From Erysipelotrichaceae bacterium OH741_COT-311 (GTDB taxonomy: Bacteria; Bacillota_I; Bacilli_A; Erysipelotrichales; Erysipelotrichaceae): a stretch of DNA of 32,000 nucleotides. The position numbers and the translations under genes are program-made. The notes beneath the pieces were generated by a model. The model was not told the DNA's origin and ran no database searches. It saw only the letters and a program-made list of their open reading frames with translations. The stretch is taken from NCBI GenBank assembly GCA_003858585.1, contig RQZE01000006.1, positions 60,001 to 92,000 on the forward strand, read 5' to 3'. The stretch's first letter is position 1, and each line of letters starts with the position of its first letter. Of the stretch, positions 9,961 through 18,734 are shown piece after piece.

Positions 9961-10846
9961 AGATGCAAAAGCAATCTATCAAATATGGAAAGAAATATTT
10001 GCTTTTGATGATTTTGGATTTACCGACTATTACTTTAAGCATCATTTTAATCCATTCAGGACTTATATAATCAAAGAAGATCAAAAAGTAGTTTCAATCG
10101 GTTCGTTTCATAAACATGTTTATAAGATAAATCATCGTTTTTTAGAAGGTTCGATGATTGTGGGTCTAGCTACAGTAGAAGAATATCGTCATAAAGGATA
10201 TATGCGTGCCATTTTAGAAACCATGTTAGATCATTTGGCAAGTCAGGAGCTGATTACGTTTATTCAGGCTTATAATCCGGAGTTGTATAAGCCTTTTGGT
10301 TTTGAAATGGTGTATTATCGCAAGCGTTATGTTTTGTGTCGGCAAGATATAAAATCCATAGATTTAAAGGGTGTTACAACGGCGATTCATTACGAAGATA
10401 TGTTAAAGATTTATGCAAAGTTTGCAAAACGTTTTCATGGTTTTATGATTCGTGATTATCAATATTTTAAGCAACTTGAATTACAGTGCAAAGCTACCAA
10501 CAGTCAAATTGTTTGTGTCTATGAAAAAGGATTGATAAAGGGGTATGGAATCTTGCAACAGTTTGAACAACATGTTTTAATTGAAGAGCTTATCTATTTG
10601 GATTTGAAAACCTTGTATAAGATTTTATCATTAGCTTTAAAAGTAAAACTTAAAGTAGAATTGATAGTCTCTAAACAAGAACAATTAGATCGTGTATTTA
10701 ATATGGAAGGTGAGATTTTTGGATATACAATGGCACGTATTCATGACTATGAAATGTTTAATCAATTGTTTAATTGTCAGGTTTCAAGTGTGAAAGAAGC
10801 CTTTGCTTTAGCGGATCGTCCGTTGTTTTTAAGAGAAAATATCTAA
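9929..10846 (+). CDS. GNAT family N-acetyltransferase (Eis-like, COG4552 type)
   Basis: GLATVEEYRHKGYMRAILETML acetyl-CoA-binding-like block with a long C-terminal extension. The true start is probably GTG at 9935 or 9941, because the SD AGGGGGG (9921-9927) is too close to ATG 9929. It overlaps the DUF2156 gene. Confidence 0.7.
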   Translation: MFVNVIRSQSEDAKAIYQIWKEIFAFDDFGFTDYYFKHHFNPFRTYIIKEDQKVVSIGSFHKHVYKINHRFLEGSMIVGLATVEEYRHKGYMRAILETMLDHLASQELITFIQAYNPELYKPFGFEMVYYRKRYVLCRQDIKSIDLKGVTTAIHYEDMLKIYAKFAKRFHGFMIRDYQYFKQLELQCKATNSQIVCVYEKGLIKGYGILQQFEQHVLIEELIYLDLKTLYKILSLALKVKLKVELIVSKQEQLDRVFNMEGEIFGYTMARIHDYEMFNQLFNCQVSSVKEAFALADRPLFLRENI

Positions 10847-10929
10847 AATATGTGATTGATATCTAGAAAAACATGTTAAATGTGTGTTATAATGTGATAG
10901 AGTTTAGTGCCTATCAGAAAGGGGATTAA

Positions 10930-12777
10930 ATGTTAAAACGTGTAAGTATATTGTGCGTATATTTGCTGGTTACCGTTTTAATAATTGGATGTAGTCCGAA
11001 TATAAATAAGGGGATTGTAAGTACAGTTGATACTGATGGAAACAGTAAGAATGGTGAAATTATAGTAAAACTGGAAATCATTAAGTCAGGGATTTATACG
11101 GATGATGCTAATTATAGTGAAGTAGATATTCAGGCTAATGATGTTACCTTACGTGATATTGTTGCGGATACTGTGATGGTTACAGATAAGGTGAATCAAG
11201 GGGATGTTTTCTTGGAGCATGTAACCGTTCATGATGCTTTACAAGTATATGGTAATGAAATCAGTGTCTTTGTAAGTGATGCAAAAATTGCAAGTATAGT
11301 CGCTACATCAAGTAAAAATTTAAGATTACTTTTTCAAAAAGGAGTCGAAATCACGGAGACTTTAGAAGTTAAGGAAACTGAAGTTATTTTTGATGGTGCT
11401 TTTGTTATCAAAAAACCGATGAAGTTAGAAAACAGTGTAGTGAAGCTTCAGGAGAATGCCATTACACCGGTTTTGCATTTGTCTAAAGGTAGTAAACAGG
11501 TAGAATTTATTGTTGATGGTTATGTTGAAAAGGTCATTGTTCATAATGATGAGGAATCAAAACTTGTATTTAAAGGGAAAGGTGCTATAGGGAAAATTGA
11601 AAATTTAGGACAACATGATGTTTCCGTTGTTGGGGAATTAACTGTCGAAGAAATGGTGACACCTAATAAAAAAATTAAAACGGAAGAGAAGACGGTTGTG
11701 AAGGAAACTCGAGTTGAAACTTCAAAACCGATTTTTGTAAAACCTGAAGAAGAGATAGTGGAAAGTATTCCACAGGAAATAAAGAAGCCGAAGCCTCCAG
11801 TGATAGTTCCTAAAGAATGGATATTGGAAGAAACTAAAGATGGATTTACCATTCAGAATATGCAAGGAGAAGAAGTACAGCGTATTGCTTATATCTTATT
11901 TAAGGATGTGTTGAATGGTGAAAGGGTTTCCTTTGATGTTAATTCTATAGAAAAACAAAAGACATCTATTTTGATTAAGCAAGAAGAGTATGAAAAGTTG
12001 ATAAATGGTAGCTATGTAGTCTATGTGTTTGCAGAAGATGAAATATTGCTGAAAGAGGCTCGCTTTGAGGTTACGAAAGCGACAGATCGCATAGAGGAAG
12101 TTCGCATAGTTGATTTCTATCAGGAAGAAAATGGTGATTTAAAACTTGTGCTCGATGATTCTTTACAGTTTGAAGAACTTAAGTCTTTGAGTTTTAAGAC
12201 ACATCATTATGATTGGACAATAGAGGAAGGCTTTAGTTTAGATAAGGAAATACTAAGTGTACCGTATGCTTTGTTTGAAAAAACTCGATTGTATTCAAAT
12301 TTATGGTATGATTTGCATGTGGAAACACACAATAAAAATAAAGTGATTTTGCCAATAAGAATGTATTTCAAGCAGGGAAGTTTACATACTCCTAAGTACC
12401 AATTCGGATCTTATCGTTTAGGAAAAGGGTCTGTTATTTTAGATGATATAAGAGTGAGTAATACAGATGAAAATGCAATAGGTTTATTTTTGGATGGAAA
12501 ACCAATTGAACAGTATCATAGTGGTTATGCTGATTATATTAGTTACGAAGTAGCGGCAACGGATGATGGTTACATTATTCGTAACTTCACAATGGATGTT
12601 GGCTTATTCCCTTTAGGATGTCAAAATGTCACAATTTCTTTGTTGCCTTCCGGTTATGGTGCCGGAGATGTTGTAGACGGATTTTATGCAAGTTTACTAT
12701 TTCGTGTATGTGATGAATATATAGAGATTCCAATGGATAAAAAGGATGCTCACGAAGTCGAGATTGAAAATCCATAA
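10930..12777 (+). CDS. Large lipoprotein, unknown function
   Basis: Signal peptide with lipobox LIIGC|S (Cys21). AAAGGGG RBS, with an extended -10 TGtTATAAT upstream. The protein has a repetitive beta-rich N-terminal third, a Pro/Lys/Glu linker (KPEEEIVESIPQEIKKPKPPVIVPKEW) and a C-terminal half I do not recognise. Confidence 0.75.
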   Translation: MLKRVSILCVYLLVTVLIIGCSPNINKGIVSTVDTDGNSKNGEIIVKLEIIKSGIYTDDANYSEVDIQANDVTLRDIVADTVMVTDKVNQGDVFLEHVTVHDALQVYGNEISVFVSDAKIASIVATSSKNLRLLFQKGVEITETLEVKETEVIFDGAFVIKKPMKLENSVVKLQENAITPVLHLSKGSKQVEFIVDGYVEKVIVHNDEESKLVFKGKGAIGKIENLGQHDVSVVGELTVEEMVTPNKKIKTEEKTVVKETRVETSKPIFVKPEEEIVESIPQEIKKPKPPVIVPKEWILEETKDGFTIQNMQGEEVQRIAYILFKDVLNGERVSFDVNSIEKQKTSILIKQEEYEKLINGSYVVYVFAEDEILLKEARFEVTKATDRIEEVRIVDFYQEENGDLKLVLDDSLQFEELKSLSFKTHHYDWTIEEGFSLDKEILSVPYALFEKTRLYSNLWYDLHVETHNKNKVILPIRMYFKQGSLHTPKYQFGSYRLGKGSVILDDIRVSNTDENAIGLFLDGKPIEQYHSGYADYISYEVAATDDGYIIRNFTMDVGLFPLGCQNVTISLLPSGYGAGDVVDGFYASLLFRVCDEYIEIPMDKKDAHEVEIENP

Positions 12778-12795
12778 AAATAATCAAAAATGTAA

Positions 12796-12821
12796 AAAAC
12801 GGCTTTCTGTAAGCGTTTTTA
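12796..12821 (+). terminator. Rho-independent terminator after the lipoprotein gene
   Basis: aaaacGgctt / aagcgtttt stem with one bulged G, a 5-nt loop and a T-run. Confidence 0.55.
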
Positions 12822-12844
12822 GATGATAAAGTAGAGTGGAATAA

Positions 12845-12873
12845 TTGACTTTAAAGTGTATTAAAATTATAAT
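12845..12873 (+). promoter_or_regulatory. Near-consensus sigma-A promoter for gap
   Basis: TTGACT (12845-12850), exactly 17-nt spacer, TATAAT (12868-12873), about 28 nt upstream of the gap ATG with AAGGAGG between. Confidence 0.7.
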
Positions 12874-12901
12874 ATAGACGTGTCATAAGGAGGACAAATG
12901 A

Positions 12902-13912
12902 ATGACAGTAAAAGTAGCAATTAATGGTTTTGGACGTATTGGTAGATTAGCATTCCGTCAAATGTTTGTAGCAGATGGTTATGAAGTTGTGGCAATCAAC
13001 GATTTATCAAGCCCTAAAATGTTAGCTCATCTATTAAAATACGATTCAGCACAAGGACCATACCACGGTCATACTGTGGAAGCAAAAGAATCTTCAATTG
13101 TTGTTGATGGTAAGGAAATTGAAATCTATGCAAAAGCAGATGCAAATGAATTACCTTGGAAAGAATTAGATGTTGATGTTGTATTAGAATGTACAGGTTT
13201 CTATACTTCAAAAGAAAAAGCTTCAGCTCATATCAATGCTGGTGCTAAGAAAGTAGTTATTTCAGCTCCTGCCGGTAATGATTTACCAACAGTAGTATTT
13301 GGTGTAAATGAAGACATCATTACAAGTGAAGATAAGATTATTTCTGCTGCTTCATGTACAACAAACTGCTTAGCTCCAATGGCTAAAACATTAAATGATT
13401 ATGCTCCAATTTTAAGTGGTATCATGACAACAGTTCATGCTTATACTGGTGACCAAATGACTTTAGATGGTCCACATCGTAAAAATGATTTACGTCGTGC
13501 TCGTGCTGCTGCAGTGAATATCGTTCCTAACTCAACAGGTGCTGCAAAGGCAATCGGTTTAGTAATTCCTGAATTAAATGGTAAATTAATCGGTTCTGCA
13601 CAACGCGTTCCGGTTCCTACAGGTTCTTCTACTATTTTAGTAGCTGTAGTAAAAGGAAAAGATATCACAAAAGAAGGTATCAATGCTGCTATGAAAGCTG
13701 CAAGTAGTGCATCATTTGGATATACAGAAGAAGAAATCGTTTCTAGCGATGTAATCGGTAATACAAATGGTTCATTGTTTGATGCTACTCAAACAATGGT
13801 TACAAAAGTGGATGAAGATACTTACCAAGTACAAGTTGTTTCTTGGTATGACAATGAAAATTCATACACTAGCCAAATGGTTAGAACAATTAAATACTTC
13901 GCAGGTAAATAA
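12902..13912 (+). CDS. gap: Type I glyceraldehyde-3-phosphate dehydrogenase
   Basis: [12 protein letters not shown]-binding motif and [10 protein letters not shown] active site. High-expression codon bias. AAGGAGG RBS. Confidence 0.95.
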   Translation: MTVKVAINGFGRIGRLAFRQMFVADGYEVVAINDLSSPKMLAHLLKYDSAQGPYHGHTVEAKESSIVVDGKEIEIYAKADANELPWKELDVDVVLECTGFYTSKEKASAHINAGAKKVVISAPAGNDLPTVVFGVNEDIITSEDKIISAASCTTNCLAPMAKTLNDYAPILSGIMTTVHAYTGDQMTLDGPHRKNDLRRARAAAVNIVPNSTGAAKAIGLVIPELNGKLIGSAQRVPVPTGSSTILVAVVKGKDITKEGINAAMKAASSASFGYTEEEIVSSDVIGNTNGSLFDATQTMVTKVDEDTYQVQVVSWYDNENSYTSQMVRTIKYFAGK

Positions 13913-13924
13913 GATATTAAAATT

Positions 13925-13952
13925 AAGAGGACATCATTGTCCTCTTTTTTTG
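13925..13952 (+). terminator. Rho-independent terminator after gap
   Basis: aagaggaca (13925-13933) / tgtcctctt (13938-13946), 4-nt loop, T7 run. Confidence 0.85.
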
Positions 13953-13992
13953 TTTGATGATATAATGGTTTTATTAAAAAAGGAGATACATT

Positions 13993-14610
13993 ATGATAAA
14001 GGATATGATTGATTATGATGAAACCATTTTATGGGAAGATAAACCTACAAAATGGTTATATGTCATGGGAAGCCCGATGTTTTATCTTTTTGCAATCATA
14101 TGGGCTAGTTTTGACGGGTTTTTAATGTTTATGTTTTTTAAAGCAGGCAGTTTTTCCGATAATGTAATAGAAACCGGTGGTTTCGGATTTCCATTGCTGT
14201 TGTTTTTTCTTATTCATATGACTCCGGTGTGGATTGCAATTCTTGCACCAATTTTGCGTTTGATTGCATGGAAGAATATTGAGTATGTATTAACCGATCG
14301 ACGTGTTTATTTAGTTTCGGGTGTTTTTGGAAAAGATATTACAAGTTTGGAGTTGCGTGATATACAGCATTTAACTGTAAATGTTAATCCATTTGAACAC
14401 ATGAGTCAAAGTGGCACGATACATTTAACACCGGATAGAGGAACTCGTAATACTTCTGTTCGTGGACATAAGATGTTTAGTATTAAAAATCCATATGAAG
14501 TATATAATCGTATTAAGCGAGTTGCCTTGGATGTAACTACCGATCAACAATATCCAAATCAATATCGTCCAAGTGAAAATCCGGGTTATCAAACAAAGTA
14601 CAAAAAATAA
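13993..14610 (+). CDS. PH domain-containing membrane protein (bacterial PH / YdbS-YdbT-like, DUF304 type)
   Basis: ILWEDKP start, two TM helices, then YVLTDRRVYLVSGVFGKDITSLELRDI, typical of bPH_2. AAGGAG RBS. Confidence 0.65.
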   Translation: MIKDMIDYDETILWEDKPTKWLYVMGSPMFYLFAIIWASFDGFLMFMFFKAGSFSDNVIETGGFGFPLLLFFLIHMTPVWIAILAPILRLIAWKNIEYVLTDRRVYLVSGVFGKDITSLELRDIQHLTVNVNPFEHMSQSGTIHLTPDRGTRNTSVRGHKMFSIKNPYEVYNRIKRVALDVTTDQQYPNQYRPSENPGYQTKYKK

Positions 14611-14682
14611 TTTTATTTTATACATGTGATATTATTTACTTATGCGCTTACAAATGTTAAAATGTTGCTGGTGATATAGTAT

Positions 14683-15441
14683 ATGAAAGTAGATCGTTTA
14701 TATGTTAAGGGAGATGGAATTCTTAATGAAGATGTTATAGGGTTCCATTTTAATGTTTATTGGGTTATTGATGGGGCAACCCAATTGTTTGATGATGAAT
14801 ATTGTCAAATGAACGGGGGTGTGTATTGGTTGGTTAACAAGGTAAATCGTTTGTTGCCATCGTATATCAATGATAAAGATAGTTTGAAAACTATCTTAAG
14901 CAATGTGTTACAAGATGTAAAAAAGAGTGTGGATGGCTATGAGGACATCGAAGCATTGTATAAGCTACCAAGTTTTGCAATTACGATGATTCGGGTGCAT
15001 GAACATTATTTAGAGTATTATGCTTTAGGAGACTGTGGTTTGGTTGTAGATGATTTGCATATTGTAGATGCACGTTTAATGCATTATAGCAATGCTAAAA
15101 AAATAGAGTATGCACACTTAGAGCCACTGGAATTATCTCAAAAGATTCGCGAAGGATTAAATGTGGATTATTGGATTGGTACCATTGATGGATTGGGAAT
15201 TTCAAAAGGATTAACAGGAATTATACCGATTCATAAAGAAAGTAAAATTCTATTATTTACAGATGGTTTGTTAAAGGTATTGGAATACCATCAATTAGGT
15301 TTACACCAAGTTGCTTATGATTTTGTAAGAATTAAAGAATTAGTAGCGTATACGTTTTTTAATCGTGATAATTTAGAAGCAAAAAATAGTTTAAAAACAT
15401 TAGATGATACGAGCGCTATTTCTATCGAATTAGCTTATTAG
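14683..15441 (+). CDS. PP2C-like (PP2C_2 type) domain protein, putative
   Basis: Ordered acidic motifs resembling the PP2C metal ligands: NED, VIDGAT, ALGDCG, LLFTDGL, LDDTSAISI. GGTGAT RBS, with TTTACT-17-TAAAAT and TGn upstream. Confidence 0.5.
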   Translation: MKVDRLYVKGDGILNEDVIGFHFNVYWVIDGATQLFDDEYCQMNGGVYWLVNKVNRLLPSYINDKDSLKTILSNVLQDVKKSVDGYEDIEALYKLPSFAITMIRVHEHYLEYYALGDCGLVVDDLHIVDARLMHYSNAKKIEYAHLEPLELSQKIREGLNVDYWIGTIDGLGISKGLTGIIPIHKESKILLFTDGLLKVLEYHQLGLHQVAYDFVRIKELVAYTFFNRDNLEAKNSLKTLDDTSAISIELAY

Positions 15442-15467
15442 GTTCCAATTTTATTGGGACTTTTTTA
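15442..15467 (+). terminator. Rho-independent terminator
   Basis: gttccaa / ttgggac stem (one G-U), 5-nt loop, T6 run, immediately after the stop at 15441. Confidence 0.65.
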
Positions 15468-15531
15468 AAAAGTTGAAACTTTAACTTAAAATAGTGTTTT
15501 TTTGTTGTAAAATAGATGTTGGAGGATTGTT

Positions 15532-16887
15532 ATGAGATCAGCAATTATTATGGCAGCTGGCAAGGGTACCAGAATGTACTCAGATTTACCAAAAGTACTT
15601 CATAAAGTGGCAAATAAGACTATGGTTGATAATATTTTGGATTCCTTGCATGAAATTCATGTAGATCAGGTGGTTACGGTTGTAGGTTATGGTAGTCAGA
15701 TGGTAATGGATACGGTGAAGGATCGTTGTCAGTATGCAATACAGAGTGAACAATTGGGTACGGCACATGCAGTTATGCAGGCAAGTCAATTAAAGCATCT
15801 GCAAGGTGAAACTTTGGTTATTAATGGAGATTGTCCATGTATTTCCAGTTCTACTTTAAATATGTTATTAGAGGAAGCATTGGAAAATGATATGGTTGTT
15901 TTAACAACGAAGTTGGATGATCCAAAGGCATATGGGCGTATTGTACGTAATCCCGAAGGCTATGTTGACCGTATTGTAGAGTTTAAAGATTGTAATGAAG
16001 AAGAGGCTCGTATTCAAGAAATTAATACAGGTATTTATTGTTTTAAAAATGAAGTGTTATTTAAGTATTTAGATTATGTAAAAAATGATAATGCTCAACA
16101 AGAATACTACATTACAGATTTGGTACGTATTTTAAAAGAACATGGTTTAAAAGTAAAAGCAGTACTTACAGATAATCAAGAAGAAGTACAAGGAATAAAT
16201 AATAAAGTAGAGTTGGCGATGGCAAATGCGTATAAGCGTAGATTGATAAATGAACAATTCATGTTAGAGGGTGTGACGATGCTTGATCCGATGCATACAT
16301 ATATTGATGCGGATGTTACCTTTGGGAAAGATTGTATTGTTTATCCAAATGTAGTTATTGAAGGAAAGTGTCATATTGGAGATGGAAGTGTACTATTGCC
16401 CAATTGTTTTATAAAAGATAGTCATATTGGAGCCAATAGTGTGATTGATTCTTCTCGCATTACCGACAGTGAAGTAGGAAGTAATGTTCATATAGGTCCA
16501 AATTCACATCTGAGAAATGGATGTAAGATTGCAGATGAAGTACGTATTGGTAATTATGTAGAGTTGAAAAATACAACGCTTGGATATAATACAAAATGTG
16601 CACATCTTACTTATATTGGAGATAGCGTGGTAGGAAGTAAAGTAAACTTTGGTTGTGGTGTGGTGACAGTTAACTATGATGGGAAACATAAACATCAGAC
16701 AATCATTAAAGATGGAGCGTTTATTGGAAGTAATGTCAATTTAATTGCACCGGTTTCCGTGGGTGAAAATGCGGTGTGTGCTGCTGGATCAACCATTACT
16801 GAAAATGTGGAAGATGGTGCAATGGCAATTTCAAGAGCGTATCAAATTAATAAGCCTGAGTATGGCAATCGATATAAAAATAAATAG
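15532..16887 (+). CDS. glmU: Bifunctional UDP-N-acetylglucosamine diphosphorylase / glucosamine-1-phosphate N-acetyltransferase
   Basis: AIIMAAGKGTRM nucleotidyltransferase motif and C-terminal left-handed beta-helix hexapeptide repeats. Followed by prs, as in Bacilli. Confidence 0.95.
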   Translation: MRSAIIMAAGKGTRMYSDLPKVLHKVANKTMVDNILDSLHEIHVDQVVTVVGYGSQMVMDTVKDRCQYAIQSEQLGTAHAVMQASQLKHLQGETLVINGDCPCISSSTLNMLLEEALENDMVVLTTKLDDPKAYGRIVRNPEGYVDRIVEFKDCNEEEARIQEINTGIYCFKNEVLFKYLDYVKNDNAQQEYYITDLVRILKEHGLKVKAVLTDNQEEVQGINNKVELAMANAYKRRLINEQFMLEGVTMLDPMHTYIDADVTFGKDCIVYPNVVIEGKCHIGDGSVLLPNCFIKDSHIGANSVIDSSRITDSEVGSNVHIGPNSHLRNGCKIADEVRIGNYVELKNTTLGYNTKCAHLTYIGDSVVGSKVNFGCGVVTVNYDGKHKHQTIIKDGAFIGSNVNLIAPVSVGENAVCAAGSTITENVEDGAMAISRAYQINKPEYGNRYKNK

Positions 16888-16899
16888 ATGGGGGAAGTT

Positions 16900-17859
16900 A
16901 TGAAAGAAACAGTAGTATTTGCACTTACATCATCACAAGAGCTTGTAGAAGAGATCTGTGACTATTTAAAATTGCCAACAGGGCAAATTAGTGTTAAGCA
17001 TTTTGCAGATGGTGAAATCATTGTTGAGCCGGAAGAAACTGTAAGAGGTCGTAGAGTGTATATTGTACAGTCTACATGTGTTCCGGTAACGCAAAGGCTT
17101 ATGGAAGTGTTAATCGCTATTGATGCTTGTAAGCGTGCAAGTGCCGGAGAAATCAATGTAGTTATGCCATATTATGGCTATGCTAGACAAGACCGTAAAG
17201 CTCGTCCACGTCAACCGATTACCGCAAAATTAGTTGCGGATTTAATTCAGGTTGCAGGAGCGAATCGAGTGGTTACGATTGATTTGCATACCACACAAAT
17301 TCAAGGTTTCTTTGATATTCCGATTGATGATTTATCCGCAATCCCAATGATTGGTCAATATTTTAGAACAAAAGGATTAGATTTAGATAAAGTGGTTGTA
17401 GTTTCTCCGGATCATGGTGGTACAACAAGAGCGCGTCGTTTGGCAGATGCCTTAGGGGCGCCAATTGCGATTATTGATAAGCGTCGTCCAAAGCCGAATG
17501 TGGTAGAGGCGATGAACGTCATTGGGGATGTACAAGGTAAAATTGCGATTGTTGTAGATGATATTTGTGATACAGCGGGTTCATTGGTTGCCGGATGTAA
17601 TATCTTACAAGATCATGGGGCTAGTGAAATCTATGCGGCAGTAACACATGGTATTTTCTCAAAAGAAGCGATTGAAACAATTAATAATTCTCCAATTAAA
17701 GAAATGGTGATTACAAATACAATTCCATTTACTCAAGAAAAAGCAAGTAAGACTAATAAGGTGAAAGTGATTTCGGTAGGTATTTTATTGGCGAAGATTA
17801 TTGAAGCGATTGATTCCCATTCACCGGTAAGTCAGGTTTACGATTTATTTCAAGACTAA
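16900..17859 (+). CDS. prs: Ribose-phosphate diphosphokinase
   Basis: The YGYARQDRK and VVDDICDTAGS PRPP-binding motifs are present. I prefer ATG 16900 (GGGGGAAG SD upstream) over the ORF-track ATG 16888, which has no SD. Confidence 0.92.
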   Translation: MKETVVFALTSSQELVEEICDYLKLPTGQISVKHFADGEIIVEPEETVRGRRVYIVQSTCVPVTQRLMEVLIAIDACKRASAGEINVVMPYYGYARQDRKARPRQPITAKLVADLIQVAGANRVVTIDLHTTQIQGFFDIPIDDLSAIPMIGQYFRTKGLDLDKVVVVSPDHGGTTRARRLADALGAPIAIIDKRRPKPNVVEAMNVIGDVQGKIAIVVDDICDTAGSLVAGCNILQDHGASEIYAAVTHGIFSKEAIETINNSPIKEMVITNTIPFTQEKASKTNKVKVISVGILLAKIIEAIDSHSPVSQVYDLFQD

Positions 17860-17880
17860 GTCCATAAATGGACTTTTTTA
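17858..17880 (+). terminator. Rho-independent terminator after prs
   Basis: aagtcca / tggactt stem, taaa loop, T-run. Confidence 0.8.
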
Positions 17881-17939
17881 AATTGGTATTTTACTGTGAA
17901 TGTGATAAAATAGGGGTACAAATTAAGGAGGATAGTGTT

Positions 17940-18695
17940 ATGAATGAAGATAACAAAATCGAACAAACAAACAATGAGGAAAAAAATGAAAAATCTGTAA
18001 AGGATGTAGCGGGAGATGCGTTAAACTCAGTAAAAAAATATGCTGAAAGCATTGATACAGATAAATTAAAGAGTCAAGCAAATGGTTATTTAGGATGGTT
18101 GAAAGAACATAGCTTAAATCCATTCCATGCGATTGAACCGTTAACAAAAGAAACAAAAATTAAAGTTGTAGTTACGATGATTGTAGCTGCGATATTTGGA
18201 TGCTTACCGATATTAATTAATTATAAATCATTCCTATTTGCAATTCCCGGTATGGAAGGTTTGCAAGGCTTCACGTACTTTTTATCAGAATCAGATATAT
18301 TCGAATTAGTATTTGGTTTATTTATACGTTTAGTGGTTGTGGCACTTATTTTTTATCCATCATTAGCACTTATATCTGTATGGGTTGATAAGCGTTACAT
18401 TAAAAGTAATGTGAGCTTTTTAGATTGTTTTATCAGTTATTTAAGAAGATATGTATTTACAATCTTTGTAGATGCGGCAATGGTGGTTGTGGCACTTGTT
18501 TCTTTTGTGGCTCCAAATTTAGGCTTTTATGTATTAGTGACTTTATTCGTTCTTCGCTCATTAATGTTCTTGTTTATATTCTATGAGTCATTTGCACGTA
18601 TTCCGTTTAAAAAGGTACATCCGATTTATCCAATTGCAATTACTGCAACGTTAGTAAATGCGATATTGTTTTTTGTTCTTAACGCAATTTTTTAA
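17940..18695 (+). CDS. Multi-TM membrane protein with a charged N-terminal tail, unknown function
   Basis: ATG 17940 is preceded by AAGGAGG. The ORF-track start at 17868 lies inside the prs terminator, so I moved it. About 5 hydrophobic segments. Confidence 0.65.
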   Translation: MNEDNKIEQTNNEEKNEKSVKDVAGDALNSVKKYAESIDTDKLKSQANGYLGWLKEHSLNPFHAIEPLTKETKIKVVVTMIVAAIFGCLPILINYKSFLFAIPGMEGLQGFTYFLSESDIFELVFGLFIRLVVVALIFYPSLALISVWVDKRYIKSNVSFLDCFISYLRRYVFTIFVDAAMVVVALVSFVAPNLGFYVLVTLFVLRSLMFLFIFYESFARIPFKKVHPIYPIAITATLVNAILFFVLNAIF

Positions 18696-18703
18696 CCATA
18701 TAA

Positions 18704-18734
18704 AAACCTCCTAGTTGTTATCAATAGGAGGTTT
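18704..18734. terminator. Bidirectional terminator between convergent genes
   Basis: aaacctccta (18704-18713) / taggaggttt (18725-18734), 11-nt loop. A T-run follows on the minus strand and a T-rich stretch on the plus strand. Confidence 0.75.

Noticed and set aside
13767-14012. Plus-strand ORF 13767..14012
   Set aside because: It is out of frame within the gap 3' end and runs straight through the gap terminator hairpin into the next gene's RBS. I treat it as spurious.
17868-17939. N-terminal extension of the membrane protein (ORF-track start 17868)
   Set aside because: That start lies within the prs terminator stem-loop and has no SD. ATG 17940 has a perfect AAGGAGG.
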